Shown here in pieces: positions 1 through 13,660 of a stretch of DNA of 64,000 nucleotides. Position 1 is the first letter of the stretch. Every line of letters starts with the position of its first letter. The DNA is taken from the NCBI GenBank assembly GCA_002269645.1, contig NIVC01002668.1:86681-150680 (forward strand), read 5' to 3'. A program made the position numbers and the translations under genes. The notes beneath the pieces are model-generated. The model was not told the DNA's origin. It did not search any database and worked only from the letters and a program-made list of their open reading frames with translations. Origin of the DNA: Macrostomum lignano. Its lineage: Eukaryota.

Positions 1-407
1 TACTCGTATATCGAGCTGCTCGTCGATTCCTTGCCGTTTAAATAATTTTCCAGACTTTTCAGTCGCAAACAAGGTTTTTTGGTTTGCCTGAATCAAAAAG
101 GATATCTGATAGCTTTCTGCTGTTTGTCCTCACGCTGCAACTGTACCAAGTTTTTCCTTAACTGTCATGTTTTAAGTTGTCCTTTTGCACTAAAGCAAGT
201 TTGCACTCAAACAATACTTCTTGCACTGGAAATTTGCGGCAGAATAATGCTAAAAAACATGAAAAAGCGAACGATCTTTTGTTCTTTAAAAGAGTTTTCC
301 ATCTAGACCCTGAAGCATGGAAACTCATTTGGGTTGCGGCCGCTCCCCCTGAAGCAAGGAAGCCCGTTTAAGTAGTATTTTAGGCTTTAGGCAAATTCAA
401 TCTTAGA

Positions 408-700
408 GGATTATAGCCTGGCGGTTAGAGCATCTGACTCACGACCGGAATGTCAGGGGTTCGAATCTAGACCCATTTAAAACATTTTAATGTCCTTGAG
501 CAAGACACTTAACTCTGCATTGCTTCAGTTCACCCAGCTGTAAAATGGGTGCCATGGCATTGCTGGGGTAATTGAGGGTGTGTGTGGCGACCCCCCAGTC
601 CTTGGACTGAACAGCCGTACGCAGCCTTCAGATGCGCCGCGCAATAGCTGCGGCTGAGCTGTCAGTTCCGCATTTGCCCATCGAAGCGGGTGTAATAAGT
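408..700 (+). mobile_element. tRNA-derived SINE with CORE-like central domain (family 1, copy 1)
   Basis: A-box-like TAGCCTGGCGGTTAG and B-box GGTTCGAATC are followed by CCTTGAGCAAGACACTTAAC...TCAGTT...CTGTAAAATGGG, which resembles the MIR/CORE domain. A close reverse-complement copy lies at ~55952-56250. Confidence 0.8.
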
Positions 701-898
701 TAGTTTTTTATTTTATTTTCTATTTTCAAAGCAGCTCTTAAGGCTATTGTCCCGTCAAATTACTGTTTAGAACATTGAGATAAAAAAATTGCGATGTTGT
801 TATATCTTCCTTTGCTGTCTGCTGGATGTGACAATTTTCCTGTAGCAAGTTAGCTCATTTATAAGCGAATTTCTTACCTGCAAATCTCGTAACGCCAG

Positions 899-1359
899 GC
901 CTGGAGTGGCTGCACGCCCGGACCAGCGCTCAGCCCAGCAACAACCGGTTCCGCGTCGACCTGCTGTACTGGAACGACACCTACATCTACGCCTACTACC
1001 TGAACGTGCTCATTCTGGCCGAGAGCACCAACTACACGGTGTCTGAATTCACGTTTGAGCCGGGTGGAGGTCTTCACCAGAACTTGTTCGGTGGCAATAA
1101 CATCCAGTTTCAGACTCGAGATCGTGGCTTGAGTACCTGCAATAATGGACAGAAATGTGCCCAAAGGTACCAGCCTCAGTGGCACGCATGCTGCCATGCC
1201 TCAGGTCCGTTCGGCAAGTACTTCAACTACCCGACAGCGCTGAATGTGCCAGCTGCAGACCGAGCCAAGGGCATCGTTTGGGCTTCAAATGCTCCAACAA
1301 ACATCACTGACGGGTTCTTCTACAGCTTCAAGCAGCTGGAGATTCTCATGCTCACCTGA
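899..1359 (+). CDS. Terminal exon of a fibrinogen C-terminal domain (FReD/FBG) protein; upstream exons not identified
   Basis: Acceptor CCAG at 895-898. Translation (G)LEWLH...RVDL..W....YA.Y...I..E..NY...F.T.DR...CAQRY...W..CCH...G.Y follows the FBG motif order. Stop at 1357-1359. Confidence 0.75.
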
Positions 1360-1911
1360 AATATTTCATATTTTTCATGTCGTTTTACTCGCCTTCAGTT
1401 GCTTTAACCGTTAAATCAACAACTGTGAGTCAGTTTCTCAAAAACATCTAGTTCTGTCTGACTCTGATGCAATTTTCGGACTCCAGTTTGCCCCCGAGTC
1501 CCTGTCCTCAATGAAGTCCAATACCTAACCTAATGCTTGTACTCGTACCGCACTTGCCTCTTCTGTGTGTCAGTAAGGTCAGCCTGACAGCATCAAAAAA
1601 TTAATTGACTATTTGTTAGACTGTTGAAATTTTTAGGTGGCTTACTCGAAGTTTCCTCTGAAATATTAATTTATTGTACACGTTTCATGATGATGATTTC
1701 CTATGTAGCCATTTCCGCGCCAGTTAGCTACAGACATTTTCTTGCCAACTTGTTCTTCTTAAATAAAACTAAAGTAATTATTGAGGTCTGCTTTATCTCT
1801 CTGGAAAAAGCAGCATTTTCATGGACTCTGATGTGTTTTGAACACACAAACTCTAATCGTGCTTGCATTAATCATATTGAAGACGATCCCAACTGATTGA
1901 TTGAGCTGGGG

Positions 1912-2196
1912 CTGGCGCCTCTGGTGCTGGCGCCTCTGGTGCTGGCGCCTCTGGTGCTGGCGCCTCTGGTGCTGGCGCCTCTGGTGCTGGCGCCTCTGGT
2001 GCTGGCGCCTCTGGTGCTGGCGCCTCTGGTGCTGGCGCCTCTGGTGCTGGCGCCTCTGGTGCTGGCGCCTCTGGTGCTGGCGCCTCTGGTGCTGGCGCCT
2101 CTGGTGCTGGCGCCTCTGGTGCTGGCGCCTCTGGTGCTGGCGCCTCTGGTGCTGGCGCCTCTGGTGCTGGCGCCTCTGGTGCTGGCGCCTCTGGTC
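1912..2196. repeat. 15-bp minisatellite CTGGCGCCTCTGGTG x19
   Basis: Essentially perfect tandem copies, which produce the repetitive ORFs (LAPLV, PEAPA, QRRQH, WRLWC). Confidence 0.95.
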
Positions 2197-2671
2197 CATA
2201 TTCTTTTCCCACTGCTAGAATCAGTGCTAGTAGAGTCCCTAGATCAGTGCTAGTAGAGTCCCTAGATCAAGGCTAGAGGGACCTTACAAGTCCAAAAGAG
2301 TCTGCAGAGAGGATAGGATAAGACGCGAGAAGAGTGACAGTTACTGAGAAGCATCTGAGCATTTGCAACTAAGCCTACGAATTCTCATTAGGCGCGAGAG
2401 CCTATTGAGTCAGTATTAGAAATACCCGCTACTCGGAATCCAAAGACAGGCTTAAATCTGACCAGTTGATACAGGCAGGCGCGAATAATGAGCGGCATTG
2501 ATCTGTGAAATCTATTATTTTTGTCTATTTGCTTACATGAGCTTCTTTATTAATTGCGTCGAGCGGTACATTTGGCTTATGCGCGCATTGCATGCAGTAG
2601 CATTTAGCCTAGGTACTGCCGAAGCTGTGCGGCCGTATCATCGGTTGCATGGGATATCATGGTCTCTTCAC

Positions 2672-2797
2672 CCCCAGGACTCTTCATTGTGTCCCCAGGA
2701 CTCTTCATTGTGTCCCCAGGGCTCTTCATTGTGTCCCCAGGGCTCTTCATTGTGTCCCCAGGGCTCTTCATTGTGTCCCCAGGGCTCTTCATTGTGT
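2672..2797. repeat. 21-bp minisatellite CCCCAGGGCTCTTCATTGTGT x~6
   Basis: Direct tandem copies. Confidence 0.9.
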
Positions 2798-4265
2798 CAG
2801 AGCTCTTTGTTTTCCCTCGGCCTTCCTCTTGGTTTCCCAGAGCTTTTCATTGTGCCCCAAGACTCCTCAATTGGGCCTCAGAGCTGCTCAACGGTGTCTC
2901 AGAGCACATCAATGGTGTCTCAGAGCTCCTCATGGTGTTTCAAAGCTCCTCATGGTGTGTCAAAGCTCTTCCTGGTGTCTCTGAGCTCCTCAGTGGAGTC
3001 TCAGGGCTCCCAAATGGCGCTTTAGAGCTTCACATGGCGTTTCAAAAATGTGGTAAAGTGGTTCCTACTTCGAGGAGCGGAATATCGTTTTAGAAAGAAC
3101 CAAGCATGGCTCAAAAATACAGCTTGAATTAAACGGTGGTTCAAAATTAAGACACAAGAATCGAGTTAATGTTTTAGCACGGACAACTAAAGCCACGTAT
3201 CTACTTTAGTAGTCCTTGATGTTTCAAGGTTAAACAAATGTTTAGTTTAGAATAAGTCAAGACGTACGACTCGCAATGGTTAGAATAACACAGCCATTTT
3301 GTGTTTTTAACACTTATCTCATTGAATGCTTTCCATGTACCAATCCCAAAGCAAGGGAAGGTACAGTTTTGTTGAGGTTAAATCCAGATTTTAGAATATA
3401 TTATTTTTGTTAGGTAAATTTGAACTTCAAAGATACGTTTTTAACAACAGGGGCAGCTAGTGAAAACTGAAGTTTTAGAAAGAGCAATAGAACAGCATAG
3501 GTATATAAGGGCTAAAATTGAGTTCTATTGGACGGTAATTCAGAGCCGGCAGTCAAAGTTAAATAAAACGACAACATCAAGGCCTAGCATAGTAACATGA
3601 CCTGTAGCCCGTACAATAGCGTAGCACATAATGTGTTACCTGTACTCTACACAGCGAGGGTGCTCACAGCCGACATAAAAACAGCTTTAGCTGAGGTGCC
3701 ACAAAAACTATGAAGAACAAAGAAAGCAGAAGAAAATCGAGAGAAACATGGCTGATAAACCATTATAAATAAGTTGATTTTAAACATACAACACGATTTT
3801 GGTAGGAAAGCAGGACCAGTTGTGGAATGATTGGCAGGCAGTCAGAGAAATAAGGAGAATATAGTACGTTATAATAGCCATCATGGAATGCTGCATTATG
3901 ACCTTTTTAGTAGTTTCTACAGATATTCACGTTAACAGTTGCTGTCGCTCCACTGATAGAATAAAAAAGGTTCGTGACCAACTTGCCGATTTGTATACTT
4001 ATTCGAATATCGCTTGGATAGAAACAGATATGAAATTGGTAAGAATTTGCTATATTTGACCGATGATTTTATATGCGTCTAAAAAACAAGAAAGTGGGGC
4101 TTAAAAAACGGCATTTAACAGAAAATCAAAAGTCAAACTCTCGAGTCAGCGGTCATTGACAAAGTATTTAAAAAGCTTTTCAGCCGCATGCCCTGTTTTG
4201 TTAAAGTGACTGACTGCGGCTGGTGAGTACAGCATCATCATCCGTTCTAAATGGACAACCCGACG

Positions 4266-5586
<1,321 letters not shown>

Positions 5587-6864
5587 CAGAAAAAAGCAAT
5601 TTACATAGTTCACTATTGTTACTAATGTATTTTAACAACTAGATAATTAATATAATATGCCAATTATTCCATCAGATATATATTTAGTGTTTGGTATTTT
5701 ACACCACGACATTTTTCTAGCATAGGCAATTAAAGCAGTAAATAAAATACATATTGTCATGATTAAGTCGCTATAATAAAATTACAAAGCCATGAACTCA
5801 TCGGTGGCCATTATTATCTAAGTACAAGGGAGATAACAAAATATTGAAACCATGTGCCTGTGCATGTGCATCTATTCTAAGACTTTTGAACTGGTAGATG
5901 TGAGGTATTTTCAAATCCTAAAACATTTTTATTTGCATACATCATAATTAATTTTTCCTTTTCGCTTCACCAATATACCACAAACTTTTTGCCATACAAG
6001 AAAAGGAAAATGCTGTTTTTTTAATAAAACTTCCATGAAGGCATGAAGCGGATTCGCTACTAAAATTTGTGTACACAACAATACAACAATAAAAAAGTTT
6101 TCTAAGTTTCTATATAGTCAAACGTAATTTTGATATTGTTGTTTAAAGTACAAGAGCGCATAATCTCTTTGACTAATCAGAAGCTAGCAGCCAACAATAT
6201 GTGCATGTACAGCTGCTACACAAAATGATGACTGGTGAGCGCCTACTAAGCGGTAACGGCAAAATAAGCCAGATCCACGAAAAATGCGATAGCATAACTA
6301 AGTTAAAATGTAAAATAAAGCTGACCAACATGCAAATAGGCATATTTAAATAAAGTAAGAAAATATATAGAAAAAAATAAATCACTAGTAGAAATAATTA
6401 AGCAATTTCTTTTTTTGTAACAAAAAGTATAGGAACATTTGTTTAAAATGAGTTACTTTTTAGCCAAGATTTAACTCACACTAATTTAACGTACTGTTTT
6501 TTAAGTAATTCGAATTGCAGAGCTGAGATCTCTGAACAAAGCAGCAATAATGTGCCTGCCACGCTGCCAAGTACCAATTGCCAACAAAAAGAATACTTAC
6601 TTGTAAACTTAGCAGCAGGGACTGCTGTAAAATGGGACTAATGGAGAAAACATTGCGGTGTATTGGTGGTAATATAATAATATTATAATAATAATATTCC
6701 TGCTTGTTTGTTTTTTGGTTTTATATTATAGAAATTTAGGTCTCTGACTCTCTGGCTGACACAGGCACAGTTAACAGTTTTTTTCCATTTACTTACCTTT
6801 TGGCCTTTTCCATAATTTTGCTCATTTTAATCATTTTAGGCAAATCTTAATACTTTCTTAGCAA

Positions 6865-7279
6865 CCATAGCTGGGAAGGTGGCAGTTTTTGGTGAATTTT
6901 CTGGCGCAAATTGGCCCTTTTTTGGCACACACGGCGCACACAGCATACAAGGAAAAATTGGAAATGCTCTGGCGGCGCACATGGCGCATGGCGCTGAAAA
7001 AATATATAGTTATACTTTGTTATACTTTGCAAAATATATAGTGTCAGGCCTAATTCCATAATTCGTAAAATAAAATTACGTAAATCATGATATAAAATAC
7101 GTAAATAAAATTCAAATTTGTCTACCGTAAATTCCTTACCTTACCTTACCTTACCTTAGACTTACCTTATCATGGTGCGCTGCAGCGCACAAAATCTTTT
7201 CTTCATGGCGCACGGCGCACAGTGCTCAAAAGCCATCAAAATAGTTCTGGCGCACACTGTGCCACCTTCCCGACTATGG
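6865..7279. mobile_element. 415-bp MITE with ~20-bp imperfect TIR (CCATAG..GGGAAGGTGGCA) and 8-bp TSD CTTAGCAA
   Basis: TSD at 6857-6864 and 7280-7287. TIRs match 18/20. Internal GGCGCA subterminal repeats. An 8-bp TSD fits hAT or P. Confidence 0.8.
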
Positions 7280-7825
7280 CTTAGCAAGTTGATTTTGTTT
7301 TACTATTTAGTAGGGCCTACCTCTAAATTACTCTAGTCTAGGCAGTCTTACATGCAAAAAATAGATTCTTAACAACATGTCTTGATGGCTTAGTAAAAGG
7401 TGTGTAGATATACATAGATAGGCCTAACTTAATTTTTTTAGTATTTTATTATTTATCCAATAATATAATTGCATAGATGGAATTTCACAGATGTGACAAA
7501 AAGCCATAGAAATGTTTTTGCAATTTTTTATTAGCTATTAATAACCAATGACAATGTCTTTTTTTCTATTAGTAGGTTTATATAATTACAATATACTATA
7601 TAGGACTAGGTCCTATAGTCTAGATCAAAGCAAGCATAGGCCTATACCAGAATGAAAATTAATGTTTTTTTCATTCATGCAGTAAAAAATGCAGTGCAAT
7701 ACAAAAAGGTAGAGAGAATATAGATATGACATAAAAGCAGAGATATAAGAAAAAAGAGAGTATAGACTATAAGATGGAAGAGATTAGATAAAGATAAGAG
7801 ATTTTTTTATTAGAGGCAGGGGGGT

Positions 7826-8165
7826 TGTGTGCACCCTGGCGCACTTTAAGCAACATAGGCACACAACCGGCGAAAGGCATTACTGCCCATTCCGCCGACT
7901 CCCTTGAGCAGGCATACAAGCGCGTGGATACATATGCAGGCACACACTCACACAGGAGTGTACAGCGGCCCTAACTTTATATTATCGTTAGGCATGTACA
8001 CTTCACTGTGCCTTGGGGGGGGGGGTTGGCTCTCAAGGCCATTAATTGCACAAGCAGAGCCAAGCCAAGATTCCAATTCAGCCCCAAATTGATGTGACTG
8101 CACTTGGAATTGAGCCTAGGTCGCTGGCACACCAGAGCAGCTGCGCTACCACTGGGCTACGGCCC
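7826..8165 (-). mobile_element. tRNA-derived SINE family 2, copy 1
   Basis: The minus strand begins GGGCCGTAGCCCAGTGG (A box) with GGCTCAATTCC (B-box-like). Homologous copies at ~38775-39032 and ~32250-32372. Confidence 0.7.
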
Positions 8166-8710
8166 TCCTAAAGATAAGAGATGAAAAAGAAACAAGAATA
8201 AATAAAAGAGACAATGCAAGAAGAGAGAAAAAGAAAAGAGAGAGTAAAAAGGAGAGAAGAGAGATAAAAGAGCAGAAGAAAAATACAAGTACAAGAGAAG
8301 AGAGAAAAGAAAAGAGAAAAAAGGAAAGAGAAAAGAGAAGAAATGGGATAAGGGAGAGGAGAGAGGATAAGAGAGAAGACAGGAGGGAGTAGAGCCAAAA
8401 GACAAAAGAAAAAAATAAGAGAGTAGAGATGAAGAAAACGAGAAAATATGAAAAAGTAGGGAGAAGAAATAAAATATTAGAGAGGAGAAAGAAAAGAGTA
8501 GATATATAAGAGCAAAGCAAGGAAAGATGGAAGATAATAGAATAGAGATAAGGGAAAAGAGCAGAGATGAAAGAGTAGAGAGAAGAGATAAAAGATTAGA
8601 GAGTAGATATAAGAGCAAAGAAAGGAGAGATAAGAGATGATAAATAAAAGTTAAGAGCAGAAAAAAAGATAAGAGATAAGAGACCAAAAAAGAGAGAGGA
8701 GGCATGAGAG
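8166..8710. repeat. AG-rich low-complexity tract
   Basis: Almost entirely A/G. It yields spurious L/S/F-rich minus-strand ORFs. Confidence 0.85.
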
Positions 8711-9175
8711 TCTCAGTCTAAACAATAATAGTAGAGAAATGGTATTTGATAGAACCTCAAATGGAAAAGATTTGAAAGATGGAACTTGGGTCATAGGATG
8801 GATTTCAGGGAGTGAAGTTCTGGCGATAGGAGTTCTATCCCCTTTCTCTTCCAATGGAGGAGTTGGCCTCATTAATTATAATACTAAGGCTTATTGATCT
8901 AAATACGTTCATTAGGCCTATTTTATTAATTATAATGATATTATATATTGAAGTTTCAGTTTGAGCCAGTGATAAAGTAAGAGTTTGGCAAATCTGCAGT
9001 GCAAATAAGAAAATAAATAGTTTTAAAAAGTAAAACAGGGAATAACAAAGAATGAAAGGGTTGAATAAATTGGTCATTTATTAGGTTTAAATGATATACA
9101 AGCTCAGTATATAAAACAAATGCATTTCCAATAAAAAATATGCCCCACTGAAAGCAGGAGCAAAAATGGTTAGCA

Positions 9176-9873
9176 CAAGGACGACTTAAGTAGAAGGACG
9201 GGAAACCTCGTTTCTTAGAAAATTTTTGAAGGCACTTTTTCCCAAAAAAATACACTGCGGAGATAGGAAATTTTCATTTTTTCAGCACAAAAATTGCTAT
9301 AACTTTTGATAGGAGGCAGATCCAGTGTTGATCTTTTGATATGTTGTGCCTTTTTTATTGCTCTATCGATATTTATAAAGCTTTCCGTTTAGAAAATTAG
9401 GATTCTATGTTAATTTTTTATTCTATGTATATTTTCATGTGTCTTGTGCTTGAAATACATTAGAATGCCACGGCTTGGCTCTTTGATTTTATGAGTCTAT
9501 TTTATCCTTCTTACCTGACTGTATAGCAAATAGTCGTAACATAGATGATAAAATAGATTCATAAAACCAAATATTAGAGCTGTGTCATGCATTTTTGTGA
9601 TTTTTAGATACAGGAAATATATGTAGAATAAAAAATTAACATTGAATCCTAATTTTCTGAACGAAAAGCTTTATAAATATTGATAGAGCAATAAAAAAGG
9701 CACAACATATCAAAAGATCAACACTGGATCTGCCTCCTATCAAAAGTTATAGCAATTTTTGTGCTGAAAAAATGAAAATTTCCTATCTCCGCAGTGTATT
9801 TTTTCGGGAAAAAGTGCCTTCAAAAAATTTCTAAGAAACGAGGTTTCCTGTCCTTCTACTTAAGTCGTCCTTG
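9176..9873. mobile_element. 698-bp non-autonomous foldback element with ~260-bp TIRs, 8-bp TSD GGTTAGCA and CAAGG termini (P-superfamily-like)
   Basis: The left arm from 9176 (CAAGGACGACTTAAGTAGAAGG...) is the reverse complement of the right arm ending at 9873. Exact TSD at 9168-9175 and 9874-9881. Confidence 0.88.
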
Positions 9874-11432
9874 GGTTAGCATTAAATCAGCAAGAGGGAG
9901 GGGGCCTAGCCTAATAAGATCTATGCTTAGGATTAGAAGGTTAGACAAAGGCCTTTATTGTATGTGAAATTTTATAGTTTTTTGTTGGGCATGATTGTGA
10001 TTGTGATTATGATAATTATTACTAATGAAAATTTACATTTAGTGCCACACTTGAGATTTTAGTAGTAATTAGTAAATTTTAGTACTAAAATGTCAGGTGT
10101 TTTGCTAAATTGTTGCTAAAATGAAAATCATAATCTTGGATTTAAATTCTATAAGTCATGATTGTAAAAAAGTGTTATGAGATCACAATTTAATGATCAT
10201 GCTCTTGCATACATGCACAACCTCCAACATTCAGTCGGCCATGCAACTTAGTTTTAACAAAAATGCGACATAGATTTTGGCCAAAAAAGCAACTTACATG
10301 TAAAAAAACCTAATGCAAAATTAATGCAATTTTGGGTAAACGGCAGGAGTAACTATGACTTTCTTATTAAGTCAAAATGCCTCGTCAGATACTTAGTACT
10401 ACTACTTATTTATTCTACTTAGGTATTTTTCAGGTGCGAATTTTTGCAACTTCCTTGATTAGCCGCCAAATTGGTCAGCCTGATCGGCCAACTCGGCCGA
10501 CTGTTGTGCATGTATGCTTGTGATCATGCCTGACCCTTTCTCAGGATGCAAGGACTCTGGTTACTAGGCTATAGAGGGTCCTAGCAATGGAAAAGACAGA
10601 TCCTAAGCAATGGGCCCAAGATGACAAGACATTTTATCATGCAATATTTGTCTAAAGGACTATCTTAGAGAAGGACCATGTGGAAATTTGTCTGTTATAT
10701 ATGCAAACAAAGTTAAATAATAAATGAAATTCAAAAAATAAAATAGTAGTAGCTCCCCACCACAGTTTCTTTATGAAGTCTTCTAATGAAAGATAACAGT
10801 TTGTTATAATTCTAATAAAAGTTGTAAAATAAGTATATTTATATTATGTTATCTCCTTGATTCTATCCAGTCAATTTTTTAGCCAAGGTCTAAAGTGTGC
10901 TTTACTAGAAGCTTCCATTTGCTGTGCTAGACTCTAATCTCTTCCTATTATATATATTCTTACCTTTTATATTTGCCTCCATATCCATGTTTTGTATTCC
11001 ATTCATGCTTAATAGTAGGAATATCAAGCTTTTTTATAAAAATTATTTAAAACTACTTTAACTGGCTAGGTTAGCTAGGCTAGGTTGGCTAGGTTAGCTT
11101 ATATTCATATACTAGTATTATTTTTTTCAATCTACAATTTTTCAATTTCATAATTTCATGTGCTATTAAATTTTAAAAAATTGCCTTCAAATAAATTCAT
11201 ATAAGCTACTTAAATTTAATAAATGCAGAGTAATATATTTTAAACAGTAAATAAAATGCAATAGTCAGATTCAAAATAAGTTACTGATACAATTGATATA
11301 TATTACACAATAAGCATTGTAGATATCAATTATAGCAAATTAAAAAAGAAACTTCTGCTTATTAGTTGTATGCTTTATTCAACGCATGCCAAAAGCTATG
11401 CTCATCACAGTGTTGCACAGATACAAAAAGCC

Positions 11433-13660
11433 ATGAGCCATACCCAGTTGGACTTTTCCCACACTCAGCAGCAGTCCCTTGGCACCAGTCCAGGGATGGT
11501 GGCAGCTCTCTGCTGTCCGCTGTCTGCTTCAGAGAAGCGACAGAAGTTTCTTCATCGACTTGTCCATTTCCGGCACATGGACTTTGAGTATGCCCTGTGG
11601 CAGATGCTCTACCTATTTGTGTCGCCCCAGAAAGTCTATCGGAACTTTCAGTATAGAAAGCGTAAGTGAAGTTTTGCCTAGCATTGTGGTTCTATTTTGT
11701 ATGTTAGTATAGCACTGGATAGCTAGTGAATAATACTAAGACAAGTGATAGATAATTTAGAACAGTTAAGTAGGGCTATATCACAGGTATGGAAGGTAAT
11801 TGAATAGTTTGGGTAGGGTTATATTGATAGAGCAGGTGGACATGGTTATAGGAGAGGTGGACATGGTTATAGGACAGGTGAACATGGTTATAGGACAGAT
11901 GGTCAGGGTTATAGGACAGGTGGTCAGGGTTATAAGACAGGTGGTCAGGGTTATAGGACAGATGGTCAGTGTTATAAGACAGGTGGTCAGGGTTATAGGA
12001 CAGGTAGAAAGGGTTATAGGACAGGTAGAAATGGGTTATATGACAGGTGGACAGGGTTATAGGACAGGTGTACAGGGTTATAGGACGGGTGGACAGCGTT
12101 ATAGGACAGGTGGTCAGGGTTATAGGACAGGTGGTCAGGGTTATAGGACAGGTGGTCAGGGTTATAGGACAGGTTGTCAGGGTTATAAAACTGGACATGG
12201 TTATAGGACAGGTGAACAGGGTTATAGGACAGGTAGATAGGGTTGTAGGACAGGTGGACAGGGTTACAGGACAGATGGTCAGGGTTATAGGACAGGTGGT
12301 CAGGGTTATAAGACAGGTGGACAGGGTTATAGGACAGGTTGTCAGGGTTATAAAACTGGACATGGTTATAGGACAGGTGAACAGGGTTATAGGACAGATG
12401 GTCAGGGTTATAGGACAGGTGGTCAGGGTTACAGGACAGATGGTCAGGGTTATAGGACAGGTGGTCAGGGTTATAAGACAGGTGGACAGGGTTATAGGAC
12501 AGGTTGTCAGGGTTATAAAACTGGACATGGTTATAGGACAGGTGGACATGGTTATAGGGCAGGTGGACAGGGTTATAGGACAGGTGAAGAGGGCTATAGC
12601 ACGAATAAATATAAATATTTGTAATAAAAAAATTATAATACCAATTAAAACCTACTCTTTGCCACCTCAGAAACCCGAAACCAGTGGGCCCGCGATGACC
12701 CAGCCTTCCTAGTGCTGCTGTCGACCGTTCTGCTGGGCACTTCCCTGGTCTTCGGCCTGGTATTGCGCCTGTCATTCCTTGAGACTCTCAAACTGATGCT
12801 ATGGATTGTCTGCATCGACTGTATCGGCGTTGGCGTTGTCATAGCAACCATTTTCTGGCTGCTGGCCAACCGGGTATACCGGCTGCCCGGCTCTGCGCCC
12901 GCCCTGCAGGTGGAGTGGGCCTACGCCTTTGACGTGCACCTCAATGCCTTCTTTCCGCTGCTGGTGATTCTGCACCTCATCCAGCTGCCCTTTCTCTACC
13001 GTGAGTACCCTGGCTGGCGATTGGAATGACTGGCAGACAGACACAGACAGACAGGCAGGCAGTCAGACAGACAGACAGGCAGACAAAGATACAACCAGAC
13101 AGATGGGCAGGTACAGCAAGACACCAAGACTGGCTGAGGCAAATGGAAAAGCATATAGTAGACACACTAAAGCTGGTAACACAGACAGATGTATTGATTC
13201 TCAGACATGATCAGAGCCGGACTATTGAGCAGACAATCTCATAACAGAACTGAAGACAGACATGGCTATTAACAGTAGTTAGTAGCGTCACAGTGCACTG
13301 GTGCCCAAGGCTGATCCTCATGCAACGCTAACCCATTGCAGCCGTACTCTATCACGACTGGTTCGTCTCTTCACTATTGGGCAATCTGTTCTGGCTGGTG
13401 GCCATTGTCTATTACCTGTACATCACTTTTCTAGGATATCGAGGTAAAGCCTGTTGATTTTCGATACATATGGGCGATTCAAATTTCACAAAAAATTAAC
13501 TAAATATACATTTTCTCTCACAGCGCTAAGTTTCCTGCGCGGAGTGAACGCCATCCTGTACCCCATCACCCTGCTGTGCATCGTGTTCCTGGTGTCCGTG
13601 CTGCTCCGCTGGAATTTCACCAAGCTTCTGGCCGACTTCTACAAGTTTAGAATACGCTGA
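11433..13660 (+). CDS. UNC50: UNC-50 family Golgi membrane protein; join(11433..11661,12671..13000,13342..13443,13524..13660), 265 aa
   Basis: KFLHRLVHFRHMDFEYALWQMLYLFVSPQKVYRNFQYRKQTRNQWARDDPAFLVLL...VEWAYAFDVHLNAFFPLL...YITFLGY...WNFTKLLADFYKFR. All introns are GT-AG with matching phase, total 798 nt. The start codon could alternatively lie further upstream in the same frame. Confidence 0.93.
11832..12597. repeat. ~21-bp minisatellite GGTTATAGGACAGGTGGTCAG in UNC50 intron 1
   Basis: Tandem copies with higher-order variant blocks. Confidence 0.92.

Noticed and set aside
1819-2253. PEAPA/LAPLV/QRRQH repeat ORFs as proteins
   Set aside because: A perfect 15-bp repeat is open in several frames with no synonymous variation and no splice context.
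8146-8872. Hydrophobic L/S/F ORFs as membrane proteins
   Set aside because: Translation of an AG-rich low-complexity tract.
11832-12597. AG|GT inside the UNC50-intron array (and the ZIP intron-5 array at 34140-36541) as recursive sites
   Set aside because: AGGT in a ~21-nt unit is expected fairly often by chance, the units lack pyrimidine tracts or strong donors, and they do not coincide with exon boundaries.
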